Shown here in pieces: positions 12,901-27,172 of a stretch of 64,000 nucleotides of DNA. Made by a program: the position numbers and the translations under genes. Each line of letters starts with the position of its first letter. Within the stretch, counting starts at the first letter, position 1. The notes below the pieces were generated by a model. The model had not been told where the DNA came from. It saw only the letters and a program-made list of their open reading frames with translations, and did not search any database. This DNA is from Lytechinus pictus (lineage: Eukaryota). The stretch spans positions 38,378,001-38,442,000 of the forward strand of contig NC_087252.1 of assembly GCF_037042905.1 (NCBI RefSeq), written 5' to 3'.

Positions 12901-13489
12901 AACATGGAATCAAGATTTATGAACGTGACAATTCTAACAGCTGAAGGTAACATTTATCATCATAGACATGGCCATTTTCTAAATCACCTTATGACTATAT
13001 TCAATGAAAATTGCTTTCCTACTCGTTTATTATTTAATGCGCCTTTCCCTAATTATAATTATTCAATTAAGACAAGGAGGCCTCTTGAATTCGAAATAAT
13101 ATTAGGAAACTCGACCCTTAGATTGTGGCTACTGCCTGCACTAAGGCTGCGTAAGAGGAAATTTTACATTCCAAGTCAGTTTTACTGTCTTTCCATAGTT
13201 GTGGATGGTCGGATCGATCGCAACTCCTTGTAAGACGGGCCCCAGAACCGCAAACCTGGTTGAAGTGCAAAAGGGTGAATAATTTAAAATATATATTTCA
13301 TACGGGAATATGAATATATTACTACTATAGCACTCCTGGTACCCAGACCTATTTATCTTTGACAGTATACACTAGGGGCCAAATATGAATGTATTTAAGA
13401 ATTCCCAGAACTATAAAATATGTATATACATATGTATATCCAAAGTGATGAAAACGCGATTAAAAACATAAGTAAATGACTCTTGTGAT

Positions 13490-13559
13490 ACTATTACTAA
13501 TACTACTTAACTTGTACCATTATCGACACTAGTAGTAGTAATAGTAGAAGTACTACATG

Positions 13560-13614
<55 letters not shown>

Positions 13615-13692
13615 TCTTCTTTTTCTTCTTCTACTACTACTACTTTTGTCTGCTACTGCTACTTCTAATTCGACTACTTCTACTTCTACTAT

Positions 13693-13749
<57 letters not shown>

Positions 13750-13921
13750 TTTATACTACTACTACTGCTGCTGCAACTACTACTACTACTTTTTACTGCC
13801 GCTGCTACTACTACTACTACTTTTGCTGCTACTACTTCTACTTTACTTCTACTAACATGACTACTATTACTACTACTAGTACTACTACTACTATTACTGT
13901 TACTACTACTACTATTACTAC

Positions 13922-13952
<31 letters not shown>

Positions 13953-14032
13953 TCTATACTACTGTTACTACTAGTACTAGTACTATTACTTTTTATCCTC
14001 CTCATCCTACTTCTACTTACTACTACTACTAG

Positions 14033-14070
<38 letters not shown>

Positions 14071-14320
14071 TTACCACTACTACTACTGCTACTACTACTA
14101 TTACTACTACATCTACTACTACTACTACTCCTAGTCCTCCTACTACTACTACTACTATTTCTAATATTACTACTACTAACATGACTAATACTCATACTAT
14201 TTCTGCTGCTCTATCTATCGTGTTTGTCATCTTTACTATAACAATATTATTTCTATAATTATTATCATCACCATTATCATCATCATCATCACTTTTACCA
14301 TCGTCATCACCATCATCGTA
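13490..14320. repeat. Long imperfect (TAC)n microsatellite followed by (ATC)n
   Basis: Directly visible; explains the low-complexity ORFs at 13557-14380. Confidence 0.97.
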
Positions 14321-14559
14321 AGCATCATTACCTACGTCTTGAAAGCATTTCAATGTTGGTACCTCACTGGAATTGATCACAGGGTGATGACAAATTTGTC
14401 TCTAACTTTAATATTTTCCCTTGAACTTGTTTTCCTCCTCCTCGTCTTGCAATATGCAAATCTGTCATCAGAGCCGCTCATCATTTAAGCCACAAAATCT
14501 ATTATTCAACTCGTTTCTGAAATGCCATCTATTATCATGGATTCAACATCGCCTTTCTT

Positions 14560-14860
14560 CTGCACGCACCGAGCGAGTCATTATAGGCCATCCAATTGAC
14601 ACGTGAAAAACGTCCTCTCTATCACACGCAACTTTACCCAACCCACTTCACACGTGTAAAAGGGTCCTTTCTCGTGCGCCCTTATCTGGTTAATAAATAC
14701 CACCCACTTCACACTGGCACAAATGTCCTCTTTATCACACGCCATGATAGACATTAGATACAGCCCACGTTATACATGTACGTGTAAATGGACCATTTAG
14801 TACACATCGAGCTATTCATCAAATGCCACCCACTTCACACCAGTGAAAAAAGGTCGCCAT
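14560..14860. repeat. Degenerate tandem repeat, ~62-bp unit
   Basis: acccacttcacac recurs near 14641, 14702 and 14828, with a diverged copy near 14763. Confidence 0.55.
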
Positions 14861-15037
14861 ACAAATATGAGATAGACCATGACAGCACCATCATTATGAC
14901 CAACGATCTCCAACATATTGAATCTTGCTTCAATTCAATAAAAAATATGAAACAATTATTAAGGATAAAAACTGAACGAATTAGAAAAGCCAATGGATAA
15001 AATTAATGATTTTCTTTCACAGGGATGGTAATAAAAA

Positions 15038-16650
15038 GGTGCCGGGTAAAAATGGCAGAGGTAATAATGGCAGAGGTAATAATGGCAGAGGTAAAAATGG
15101 CAGAGGTAAAAATGGCAGAGGTAAAAATGGCAGAGGTAAAAATGGCAGAGGTAAAAATGGTAGAGGTAAAAATGGCAGAGGTAATAATGGCAGAGGTAAA
15201 AATGGCAGAGGTAAAAATGGTAGAGGTAAAAATGGCAGAGGTAATAATGGCAGAGGTAAATATGGCAGAGGTAAAAATTGCAGAGGTAAAGATCATGATA
15301 TGCTACATCAACAAGGAAAAAAACAGAACCTTTTCGGTTAATATCAGTCATAGTTATTGAACTTGAATGGACTCCTCTCGACGAAAGGAGTATTATGAAC
15401 TGATTAGATATTATATGGATTTTTCTGTCATCATTTTAGGTCTATACTTTATCGTTGATATGATCAAACTCAAACTATTTCATGCCAAAATAATTTCAAT
15501 TAGTGATTGATGAAAGTATTTATCTTGGCTAGTTCGTATAGTAGAACAACACTTCATCCCATACATAACCAACAATTTTTAATGTAAAGACCAATGTGCG
15601 CTACTATTAACACACTGAAATAGACAAGTTCGGGATTTCTTTGAACCACTGGCATAACTTGGATAACAGAAAAATAACAAAACGTTTTGTAATAAAAGCA
15701 TTTTTTCATATTTCAACATCATAATGGATCCGAATAGATATTGATATGATACGTACATAGTTTAATGTAAATGATATAATGATAGCAACTAGTGTTCAGT
15801 TTTTCAGAGCAATACCTCATTGCACCTAGTCCAAGTGGATGTCAGGTTCCCAACCTAGTTTCTATGGTAACGGTTACCGCATTAATTTTGAAATGTGTAG
15901 CGAATTTAGGGATTTGAATTTTTAGGTGTTTCTTAGGTACCATTCTATCGACCTGTTTTGAAGGGGAAATTCACCCTGACAAATGGTTTACTGTAAAATT
16001 AGCAAAAAAATATATTGGTGAAATTTTGCGGCAAGCCCATCAAAGATTAAGATAGTTATTAGAAGTTTGAGTTTTTATGATCTGTGACGTCATACACTAG
16101 CAGCTGCCCCGTATTTAATGCACCAAAATGTATACTTTTCAATATTTTAATCAGTGGTTAAAAAATAAGAAATACCAACTCAAGTGTTATCAATTTGGTG
16201 CAGAAGATCTACAGCATCATTTGAAAATGTTACCCTTTCCATTAGTCAAACATTATAATTCCAAATTTCTTCTCAGAACCTTTCATATTTAATCTACTGT
16301 ACATGGAGGGGCTTTTTGGGTTTTTTGGCATGGGGGTTTAAAGCTGATCATTTATACCTCTATCATTTTTACCTTTGCCATTATTACCTGTGTCATTTTT
16401 TCCTGTGCCATTTTTTCCTGTGCCATTTCTACCTTTGCCATTTTTACCTCTGCCATTTTTACCTTTGCCATTTTTACCTCTGCCATTTTTACCTTTGCCA
16501 TTTTTACCTCTGCCATTTTTACCTTTGCCATTTTTACCTTTGCCATTTTTACCTCTGCCATTTTTACCTTTGCCATTTTTACCTCTGCCATTTTTACCTC
16601 TGCCATTTTTACCTTTGCCATTTTTACCTCTGCCATTTTTACACCGAGCC
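15038..16650. mobile_element. Foldback transposon, TU/Puppy-like, non-autonomous
   Basis: Inverted arms of 15-bp tandem units (GGCAGAGGTAAAAAT)n at ~15047-15290 and reverse complement at ~16352-16642. GG...CC termini. Exact 8-bp TSD AATAAAAA at 15030-15037 and 16651-16658. Confidence 0.88.
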
Positions 16651-19591
16651 AATAAAAATTAGTTGATCGATATTCTTGAATAAAAAAAATAGATATGCAA
16701 TAAAAAAGGGTCTGTGCATTACACACTGTATGCCCTTAAGTCATTTTTTCTTGAGCAAGCAATTATACACAACATTTAAAATATTGTTTTAATCGTTGAC
16801 CTCCAATTAATATAGATATCATAGGACAGTTAAACTGGTAAATCAATTTGTTAGATATAAATTTGCAGTATACATGTATGCACTAAAACTACTACATAAT
16901 ATTTTGGCGAGAGGCTATTTCACTGCAGTTAGTAAAAATACATGCTCAAAACTTAACAATGTTCTTTTCCACAACTTATTTAATGTCGTATCATTTCAAA
17001 AGCTAAACGATGAAGTCCTAACAATTACCTTTCTACTTTAATCAATACTGTATGATCAAATGAGAGTTAAATGTATGATCAAATCAGAGTTAAAAGGGGG
17101 TCATGTATTAAAAAAAAACATGTAAACCGCCTACACAATAACAAAAAAATGATTTTACAGAAGAAAAAAAAAATTGCAGAAAGCAATAACATAATCAGTC
17201 TGTAAGGTCATAAAACGGAATTTTCTGCAGTTTAATAGAACAGGTCTGTAGAAAAAGGGGAAAAGGGTGTTTTATTTAAGGAAATTTGTAAGGTTCCATA
17301 CACCAAATACCAATTTCCTGTAATTTTACATGATATAATGTAAGATTACGCAATTTGGTAAGATTACAGGTGTTCTCGAGAGTCTCCTGCAGGAACTTCT
17401 TTTATTTAAAGGATATATTTTCTAACAGTGTACTGACTTACTGAGGTATTTCTAAATACGACAATTGCGCCTGTCAATGACCATAAAATCATATTTATGG
17501 AAGTATTTATTCTAATATCATTCAATACACAACGATGACAGTTCGGCATGCATTACAGAAAAAGATCAATTTACATAGCTACTCAATAAGATTCCCCAAG
17601 AATATAATTATCTTCGTTGAGTTATGTGATCATAAAGATAGAAATGTGTTCTTTAGTCAGATGGTAATGGACGAATCACTCAACTTAAATACAGCCGAAC
17701 AAAGTCGACAAATGAAAGCGATTGGTATTAATGCTTAACTCTTCTAGTAAGCTGAAATTTTGAGAATATGTTTTTTATTTTATTTTTTACTAGACCTCAT
17801 TATCACCCGAATATACAACATTAGTGGTTTACGGTATAAACCAAATTTATACATGTTTCATGTGAAAGAAAGTATTCAGAATTATTTTATCACTGTTCTA
17901 ATATTACATTTTGGTGGTAAAATGATTGAAGAAATCAGATATAGAAGAATATACATCATTATTTATGTGAAACTGTGACCTTCGTTACATACATACATCC
18001 ATCTACAGACAGACGGACACACACATCGGATATATATATGAAAAAAATATATATTTGTAAATGATCCATAGTTTTCCGCTTTAATTTGTGTTTCATATAT
18101 TTAACCACACCTGGACCCCGTTTCATAAAAGTTACCATGATGGTAACTTTGCCATGTGATGGAAACTTGCATAGAATCCTTGATTTAGATTGGTTGTTGA
18201 ACGTTGTTACCATGGTAGTTACCATTAGATGGTAAAGCTACTATAATATTAACTTCCACGGGGCCCTGAACAAGTAAACCTCATGCAATCACTTCATATC
18301 TACTCAAGACAAAAATTGGGCCTTTTCGTGACCATAAGCATTGTGTTGAAATAAGTTCAAGACCGTGAATAAATAATGAGGAAAAACTGAATGATTAATT
18401 TTCGAGCCGACAAGCAAGGCTGACCACGCGTTTATCATCATAAACCTCTCCGAAATGGTCACTCTGTCAAAACTGACCTAAAGGTTGCACATTTTCTCTG
18501 CGGAGGCACATGAATTATAAATATCGTCAGTGATTGATCATTATCCTTGCTCAATATTCAACGAGGATGTGTCCATTTGTGCCTGAAAATCGATTAATGA
18601 AGAATTATTTCTGTACTGTGGAGCAACCCTCGGTTTATCAAGGTAGGGGGGGCAGGGGATGCTGAATATTATATGAATGATTCCTTCACACAGGAGAGAG
18701 CTTTTACCATTCCCACCCCCTTCCACGCCCCTACGAATCGACCCCAGTAAACGTTTACTGGGCATGGCAATGCCTGCATCTTGAGTTTTGAGAACAGAGT
18801 TCCGTGGTTCGAACTGCAACTCATGAATTCCGGATGGTGGCTTTGATAAAACATGCTTAAAGGTCAAAATTCTAATCTTATTGTACTCTCGTGAACCGGA
18901 TAGTTCCTGATAAGGGACATCCAACTTGCCCCGGAAAGTGGATATTCCTCATCGCATCTCATACTCGTCCACTCATTGCTGCGAGGACCACTCAACTCAT
19001 CTCAACAAAATACTCTTATGAACTCCTTATCTACTCAACGATGTCAAAACCATTCAATTCGTGTTAATTCATATACTATTCTGCTTCAAGTCCCTTTTGA
19101 TCGAAATTCCATTTTGAGATATTCAACTTTTTATGAAAGGCTGTATACTCACACCTAAGACTTCTTCGACCCTCAATTTCATCTTTGTCACTTCCCCCTC
19201 CATTCGGCCTTTTCAGGACCAATCAGTTCGCCAAGGTTATATGTATTACCATTACAACCTCCAAAGATCATCATAGGATAAGCCTAGTTCTTGTAAACAT
19301 GATATGCGAATTTCAGTGTTCATTTGTTGATGAGTTAATAGATATATAGATAGATAGATAGATTATAGATTTTTATACATACAAAGATTCCTTGTTTTAT
19401 TGAGATATCAAGATATATGTAACAAAACTTACTGTAAATTTTTGTTGGAAATGGAAAATAAATGAAATGAAAAATGTAATAAATAGACAGATAGATAGAT
19501 AAATAGATAGATAGATAGATAGACAGATAGAGAAAGAAAGAGAGATAAATGGAGAAGGGTGGGATGGACTGACAGTCATGATCATACTCAC

Positions 19592-19792
19592 TGGCCGCAA
19601 TAATCAGGTGATTGGCCTTGGTCATCCGGCTAGGCCTATCCCTTTTCCACCAGGTCACAATGGGGGCCGGTGATCCATCGACGAGGCATGTGAGTGTCCC
19701 GTTCGAAGATTCGTTAAAGTAGACCCGGTTCGGTTCGGCGGGACTCCAGTAGGGCGCCTCGCTAGGGAGGATCCTTCTAACCGATGCCGGAT
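19592..19792 (-). CDS. Ig-domain gene, coding exon 5: first half of Ig2 (PASVRRILPSEAPYWSPAEPNRVYFNESSNGTLTCLVDGSPAPIVTWWKRDRPSRMTKANHLIIAA)
   Basis: TLTC-xx-DG-x-P-x-P-x-V-x-W I-set motif. ttttcctgcag| acceptor, |gtgagt donor, 201 nt, phase 1-1. Confidence 0.92.
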
Positions 19793-21841
19793 CTGCAGGA
19801 AAGGACGATAGAGGCATTATTTCAGAAAATTTACATAGGTTAATTTGAATACCTTGTAAACTAGTGAATGAATGATTTCTATGATTTCTCTTTTAGCCTA
19901 TTGCAAGGTCAAATTATAGTGCTCAGCTGGAGAAGAGGGTTGGGGCAGGATTGGGGTTGGCCCCATACATTTTTTTATCAACTTACTCTTTATTTGCATT
20001 TTGATAATACGCTTGCCCAAGGGAGTATTGGACCGCTACAATTTCAAAATTCCAAAATACCTTCAAAATCATCTCGATTGATTCGCCTCTCTCGCTTTTA
20101 TGAATTCTTTGACCTTACGTTTTGGTCTCCCTGGGAAATTATTCATGTTCGCACAAATTCAACATGGTACAGATAATCAAAACATAATATTGCATGGGTT
20201 GCGCTTCTTGTCTACTGGGCGAATGGATAACATAAACATTTCATATAAACGGAACAAAGGCAACCGTTGTCATTAATACATGCTCCTTCAAATAGATCAA
20301 ACAATATTGACAAAAATACCAAACAAAGCAACAACAGCAACATGAACAAAATAGTCATTAGGCATATGGGCGTATAATTAGAATTGCTACTGGCAATATA
20401 TTTTGTGGGCCTTGTTCTAGATATCGGTTTCGTCAACAAGAACACTATGATCAATCTGGGAGATGGTATGAAATATCCCCCAGCGCAATGTCCCCTTCTC
20501 ATATTCATTGTATCTTCCTTTGATGGAAGCGCTTCGGATAATGTATCATTAAAAACGCACGTGGTTGGTAAATCATGTGCACTCCCTTGATACGGGGCGA
20601 AGTACAAGACGTGAAGTCAACACCTCAAACCGATCCGGGTGCTACAGTCACACACGCGAAACCGACTACTAACCGACCGATGGGAAGCCATTGGAAATAA
20701 TGTAATAGATCCGATCGGTCTTAAGTCGGTTTCGCCTGTCAGACTGAGGCATGACGATGGATACTTGAAACCGGTTGGGGGATTGACTGCACCAACCTAT
20801 GCCATATCTGTGACCCGAATTCATAAGAGAGTGTATTAAGATGAAGAAGGTTAAAGCAATCTGGGCCCCGTCACACGAAGGTTAGCGATTAATCGCTATA
20901 TGAAATGGCCTATCATGATCATCGGTACATGCGCATTTTGCTCAGTATACTGATTGGGAACTAATCAGAATCGTTCTTTCAAAGGTTAAAAGAAGCGGGG
21001 ACCCGTAGAACAAAGCTTAGTAATCATCGTAGAAGAATATCTTTACAATAAATTTGATCGCATTGACTACACTCTACAATCAATCCTGAAAATCAAGCGC
21101 ACGATTAATCGCTAACCTTTGTGTTACTGGACCAAGGTTGATTTTGACGTATTTAATCACACAGTCACACCAACAAAAACGTTTTCAAACCGACCAATAC
21201 TCATATATATATATATTATATTGAAGCAATGTGATTAAATGCCCCATCTTCTAAACCCCTTGGTCATAGAAATGGACGGGAGAGTATTGATCCAGTGCAA
21301 CTTAAACAAGAGTACATTTAAATTTAACAATATTCTAAGAATTCAAGCCAATCTTTATCTGCAACACAATACTTCTTACCGATATTCATATATGATGATG
21401 AAACCTTAAGTTCAATGTTTGACATGGCCTACTTTATTCCAGGATTAATGTTTGTATGAATAATGATGAAACTTTTATAATTATATCCAATCTCATCAAC
21501 ACTTGTATCCATCTTTTGAAGTCCATTGTGTCTCCACAATTAGAAAACCCAATCATTAATAAATAATTTCTCTTTGTTAATTCACCTTGAGACCCCTGCT
21601 AAGTAGTTATGGAAAGCCTATTTAACTATGGTACGCCACGTTAGTTTTAATCTGAGTACCGAGGGTCGTAACAATACTCCGTATCCAAAGGAACGGCACG
21701 CGATGTTTTGTACGAGTCGAAAGATAAAAGAAAAGAGGTACAATTAAAATGCAACCGACAGGAAATTTACACGTGTAAATTTCACGCTACTGAGCACATA
21801 TAGGCATATATTGTGTAGTATACTCAATGTACGGACATTGA

Positions 21842-21878
<37 letters not shown>

Positions 21879-23120
21879 TTCAATATTCTATCACGTCATT
21901 CTTCGTATATAAAGTAAAATCATCTCTTAATGTAATTGATGCCGAAATATCTATTCTATCAATTTCTTGTAAATATGATTCATGTTGTGATTCATACTTG
22001 AGTCATCGTTTGTTGATCTCGTTAATTAATTTATCAAAATCTCTCTGATCATGCCAGAAATAACCTTCATGCAAAAATCTAAATATGACCTAGGTCAAAT
22101 TACAAATTTCTATGTACTTATATGGTTTCCCCCACACTCAGCCCTTTATGACCCATCGAAGCCAGCATTTCATCATGTATTTCCCTGACACCTGTTTTAG
22201 CTATCTGTGACCTTGAGCGGAAATATATCAACTATTAATAACAACGAAATAGAAACTTGAACAATTATTAGGCTGACTTTCCATGCATACTGGTGCACAG
22301 ATTAACAGAGGATACTATTTATTTAAAACAGGTACTAGTATTGCCCTGAAACTGTTCCCAGGAGCGCATCGTGTTTATAATCAATATACGATCTAGCTAC
22401 TTGCTTTCATTTCTCATGTCCACATTTCGATTATGATTTAATTCATCTACTTGGTACATTCATTCATGTACACATTTTCAGTTCCTTATAAAACTATCAA
22501 ACACGGTTCTGCTAGTGAAGTAGGGTGTTGTACGGATCATTTGATTCCCTTCACAAATTCCCTTTAAAAATGATTTTTTTGTTTTATTGATAATAACGGT
22601 GAGTTATTAATGATGGGCGACCTCTGAGGTAAAAATGGGTGAATTTCCATCATAACGATCTCAATACTTCAGGGCTTAAAACGACATTATGCTCAAGCAC
22701 TTGCCTCTTTGAGATGATTGACTCCAAGGGCCTATAGCACAATATTAATTACGAACGTACTTTGGGTCGTGTCATTTGCCAACGAATTCGTTGAATTATG
22801 ATAAAAAGTAAGTCATGAGAGAAAACATTTCACGATGGATACAAGTTTGGCTATACAGTCTATAATTTTTATATCGCTTCAAATTGAAATTTGAGTACAA
22901 ACGAGCGCTTTCGGAGATCAAATATTTGGTTGAAGATGCCACATAATGTTCATTATGATTACCGTTGTCATCATGCTTGTCGATACATATGGTCCTGATA
23001 AATAATGGCGCCATTCCCTGCTTCATTACAAAAGGATACTTCAGCTTTTATTGACTATCAAACCAGATTAACGCTGACACTGCAGCTAGGATTATTTTTA
23101 AAGTTACTTCCGCCATCAAA

Positions 23121-23233
23121 AGGGGCGGATCCAGGATTTTCCAACATTTTTTTTTATCATTATGGCTCTCAAGGGGGGGGGGGGCGCACGGGCCGGATGT
23201 GCCCCCCCCCCCCTCCTCCTGGATCCGCCAGTG
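23121..23233. mobile_element. GC-rich hAT-like MITE (GGCGGATCCAG family; also ~36566-36911, 56367-56633, 58940-59062)
   Basis: TIRs AGGGGCGGATCCAG / CTGGATCCGCC. The 56367-56633 copy has an 8-bp TSD attctatg / aatctatg. Confidence 0.75.
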
Positions 23234-23908
23234 GAGCGAATGCATGTTCTTAGATTGAGAATTTCCAGTGACTTTGGAGACTGAATGTAAAGCATAATGA
23301 GCCCGAAGTTTCAACCTTAGGGAGTCTTCGCTTTCACGACGCCGCAACGGATTCAAGAACGTATACAATTGTATTGCAAAATGCCCGTCAAGTGACAATG
23401 AACAGCCAAGAAGGCTTTGTCGAAAATTGGGTGAAATCCAAACAGCCCTTTTATCCTGGCATTGTTCGTCATCTCCGAAACGTAGGGCGAAACTGTTGTT
23501 TCGGTTCGCAAATTTTCGACAAATACCCCCCCCCCCCCCAAATATATCGACTCAGTTCTATAATCCGCCCCTGCTGCCGATGCCTAAACTCCCTTATTAT
23601 TTCACAGCTGCTCATGCCTGGGCCTATAGGGCTAGAGAATACGTTTGATTGCAATGGCAAAGAGCGTATTTAGTATGCAGGCGATGCGAAGGGTGTAGCA
23701 CTTTTTGGCGTTAATCTGCTTCACAGTTCTTAGACAGTGATGGACCATTTTCAGCACACCGTGGCGTCAGATTGGTCCCCAGTGAGCAGTTAAGGCGAAC
23801 TCTATTAAAATTCACCTCAACGACACACATCTCTATAGTGAAGATGTACCACACAGGAGAAGAACTGGACAGAAAGCTCACTGGATTTTACGGAAGTGAC
23901 ATCACCTA

Positions 23909-24086
23909 CCCTGTAAAAAATGAAGTGTTAATTTAGCACTTACCATGCTTACAGTGTTTGTATAGTGACTGCACTACGAGTGCTGATTTCCTAGTTCAAA
24001 TTTGAACTAGAAAATCAGCACTCGTAGTGCAGTCACTACACAAGCACTGTAAGTGCCAAATTAGCACTTCATTTTTTTTTACAGTG
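23909..24086. mobile_element. Near-perfect palindromic MITE with CACTGTAAAAA-type ends (CACTA/EnSpm-like)
   Basis: CCCTGTAAAAAATGAAGTG / CACTTCATTTTTTTTTACAGTG, TA flanks, centre ttcaaatttgaa. Confidence 0.75.
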
Positions 24087-24556
24087 TATAGATTTTGTCT
24101 ATGCATATATTGAATCTAAATTGAATTCATCAACAAAAAATGAGATGCAACGAAGAAAAATGATGTAAGGGTTAGGATAGAGGTATATACAATGTTGAAA
24201 TTTTTTCTTTTTTTTTCTCACATCTATAATGCGTTAACCCATTCAATTAATAATATCATAATGAAATATTTAACCAAATAACGGAAATGGATATTATTGT
24301 GCAAACTTTCCACACGGGATCATTCCAACTACGAAATAATTTTAACTAATGGTACAAGCATTGCTTTAAGTGGACACCCTCTTCTCCTTATGCTTTTTAA
24401 TACTGCTTTTCTTTAAAATGCCAATCCTTAAATTTGTATCTGATCTATATTACATTGTACTATATTTAAATGGAAAGAAAACAAAGAATTGAATTAGAAT
24501 TGAACACATTCAAAACCTGCATGATTTGAATAATGTTAAAGATGGTTTTCACTTAC

Positions 24557-24742
24557 ATGACACAAGTAGAGTAAAATTCAGCTCTGTGGGCGGAGTAGTC
24601 TGAATGGAGCACGCGTAGATGTCCTCGTCCGACCTTCTCACTTTTCTCAGTCGAAGGTCAAAGGTCGAATTGAAAAAGTCGCCATCTTTGATATAGTGTC
24701 GCGATTGGTCCACGATCGATGGGCCGAAGGCGATGAGACTTC
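24557..24742 (-). CDS. Ig-domain gene, coding exon 4: second half of Ig1 (SLIAFGPSIVDQSRHYIKDGDFFNSTFDLRLRKVRRSDEDIYACSIQTTPPTELNFTLLVS)
   Basis: L-x-L-xx-V-xx-SD-xx-Y-x-C Ig signature. tttcaag| acceptor, |gtaagt donor, 186 nt, phase 1-1. Not in the ORF track. Confidence 0.92.
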
Positions 24743-25866
24743 CTTGAAATCATTGGGAAAAGGACGTTTAAGCAGTACTAATAAAATATGTTAATTTAAT
24801 ATTATATGTATATGCAATGCTGTTTGTAATATGGACCTTACAGTGAAGATGTTTAACAATTTGAACAACCGTGCTTAGTTTATTGAGAATCAAATACGAA
24901 AAATCAAACTTTGTTGGTTACGATTTCAAATACTACTTCGAATTATTTAAACTACTGTAAGGTTCATAAAGTAAAGGGCATTGTACGAAAACAGTGCTTT
25001 TACTGTGTAAATTGGAACTAGGTATAATCACTCCTAAAAGGACAATTCAAACTTTGAATTTAAAGGAGTGATGTATAATTAAGAGTTAGTAGACTGTAAA
25101 TAAAAAAGGGGAAGTTATTAAAGACAACACTAGCATGAATAATTGGTGTCCTGACAGAACCACACACTTCGGTGTTAAATATACACAATGGTGTTTGTAC
25201 ACTACACCATATAAGACAGTTCTATGATAACACCAATGGGTGCATGTATATTGAATTAACACCATGAATTCAGATTTGGTTTGATGTATATGTTGTGGTC
25301 ATCCTGAAACACCGACTGACCTATTTATTTTTTAAGACCTCTTTTTGCAGTGTGGACGTTATTGGCAATCAAGCGGCAACAATCTCCTTTCACGTGACCA
25401 TGAGATCATTTCTGTTCATCGGCCTAGTAATGTCGCGATTTCTCAACCGTTTGACATAACAATTTAGGCCAGATTATAATGTGCGGTCCCTTATACTTAC
25501 TTTTTCTGCAGGAAGCCAAACTCAATGTCTCATGGAAACTACATTTCACAAAGTACTTTTAAGATAGGTAAATCGTAAAATAGCCTTAAAACGGACTTAC
25601 TAAAGCTTTTCGACATGTATCCATCGGAGTAAAATCGCATGAATGACTAAAAAAGTGTTTTTTCTCTATCAGTCAGAAGCGTTTTTTTTTCTAAAATATA
25701 GATCATTACCCACACTTTCTTTTAGGCTACTGTCTCAATGACTAAACCCTTTCCAAACCGATCGATGGTATGTCATTGAAAATAACGTAATAGATTTGGA
25801 CGATCTGGAAACGGTTTCGCTGGTCTGCTGTGATACAGTGTCAAAGAAATGAACATATTTTATTTA

Positions 25867-26263
25867 AAAGTATTAAAAAAAACAGTAGTTGCAGCAAAAA
25901 TTATTTTATCAGAAAGTCTTTTAAATCAAGGTTAATTGTCAAAATATTTTCATACATCTAGATCTGGTCCATTAATGCAAACTTATCTTTGGAAAACCAA
26001 AAAATCTAAGCTCGAAATCGATAACTCTGATGATCACCAACACAGAAAAGCATATGTGGGACACATTTATTAATATTGCTTCGAAGAATACCCGAAGTAT
26101 GATGGAAATCCGTGCTTATTTTGTCATTTCTCAGCAATTACGCATTCTATCAGCTATTCGGCGCATATTTTCTTTTCTTTATACATACAAACACTTTGCT
26201 GGTAATTTTATTGGATTCTGTTCGAACTCATTTCGAGACCGTTACCACAACTGGTATTTATCT
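25867..26263. mobile_element. Kolobok-like MITE with a degenerate left end
   Basis: Right end gttaccacaactggtatttatct-TTAA; left end cagtagttgcagc after TTAA. Confidence 0.45.
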
Positions 26264-26619
26264 TTAACCTTTCGACGAGACCCTTATTCTCGATTTCATT
26301 ATGCAGATCAAGACATAGTTGTCGAGACTTACCGACCCACCAACCCATGGGACTGCTAAATGTCCTACAAAGTCGTATTCATGACCAACTGTAATTCCAT
26401 GAACAAGCACGCATTTCTGCCATTAATACATCTTTTCCAAGATATTGCATACAAATAGAATTCGATTAATCGAGTACAAAGCCCCAATGGTTTCTTCTGG
26501 CCAAAATGATGCCAATTATTTCTCTCGGAAAGATGAAATTTCGTATGCTATTTCACTTTAAATACCCTTATATATATTTTACCCTTTACATGTTTGTTAT
26601 ATTGGCAAATTTGCTTGAC

Positions 26620-26634
26620 AATTATTATTATTAT

Positions 26635-26684
<50 letters not shown>

Positions 26685-26785
26685 CTAGTAGAAGTAGTAG
26701 TAGTAGTAGTAGTAGTACTATTATAATTATTAATATTATTAGTATTATTATCATTGTTATTATTGTTATCATTATTTTTATTATT
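26620..26785. repeat. (TAG)n/(TAT)n microsatellite
   Basis: Directly visible. Confidence 0.95.
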
Positions 26786-27172
26786 GCATAATACTGTAAT
26801 GTATAGAAGATTCCAATTAGGATTGAAAATATTGATAGGAAGTCATTTAAGTGAATTAAAGAAGAATTACACTACAAACGTTATCACAGTCGGATGTAAA
26901 AGAAATAAAGTTATTGCATTTTAGCAATTCGCTTAAATATTTGCAAAACACGTAGGGGGGTTAACACGAGTAACTTATGGCTATCTTGACGATGCAATAA
27001 CAACCACGATACGCTAATCGGAGTTGCCAGAGATGCGCCAGCTGCACATCACCAACGCATGCAAGGCGATGGATTCAGCCTCCAAGATGGCGGCCCGATG
27101 ACGTCATTACATAAGGTCTAGATTGAAAACAAGTGGGTGGTGTGCGGAGCTCGCTATAAGAGTAATACTTAC

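Noticed and set aside
13557-14380. Poly-Tyr/Leu/Thr mucin-like or membrane-like ORFs (also 6283-6561, 26548-26791, 38733-38948)
   Set aside because: Trinucleotide microsatellites with no splice or domain support.
14959-16726. Repetitive ORFs (GKNGR)n, (MAEVK)n, (CHFYL)n, (FLPLP)n resembling RGG or structural proteins
   Set aside because: They are translations of the stop-free 15-bp units in the foldback arms, open in most frames and bounded by a TSD.
21230-21600. Possible highly decayed RT fragment on the minus strand (LSRPFL*PRGLEDG-like)
   Set aside because: Only one weak motif among many stops; cannot be supported without a profile search.
23700-23800. Minus-strand VRLNCSLG... as an additional Ig half-exon
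   Set aside because: No conserved Trp, an in-frame stop and no donor; the flanking exons already join into complete domains.
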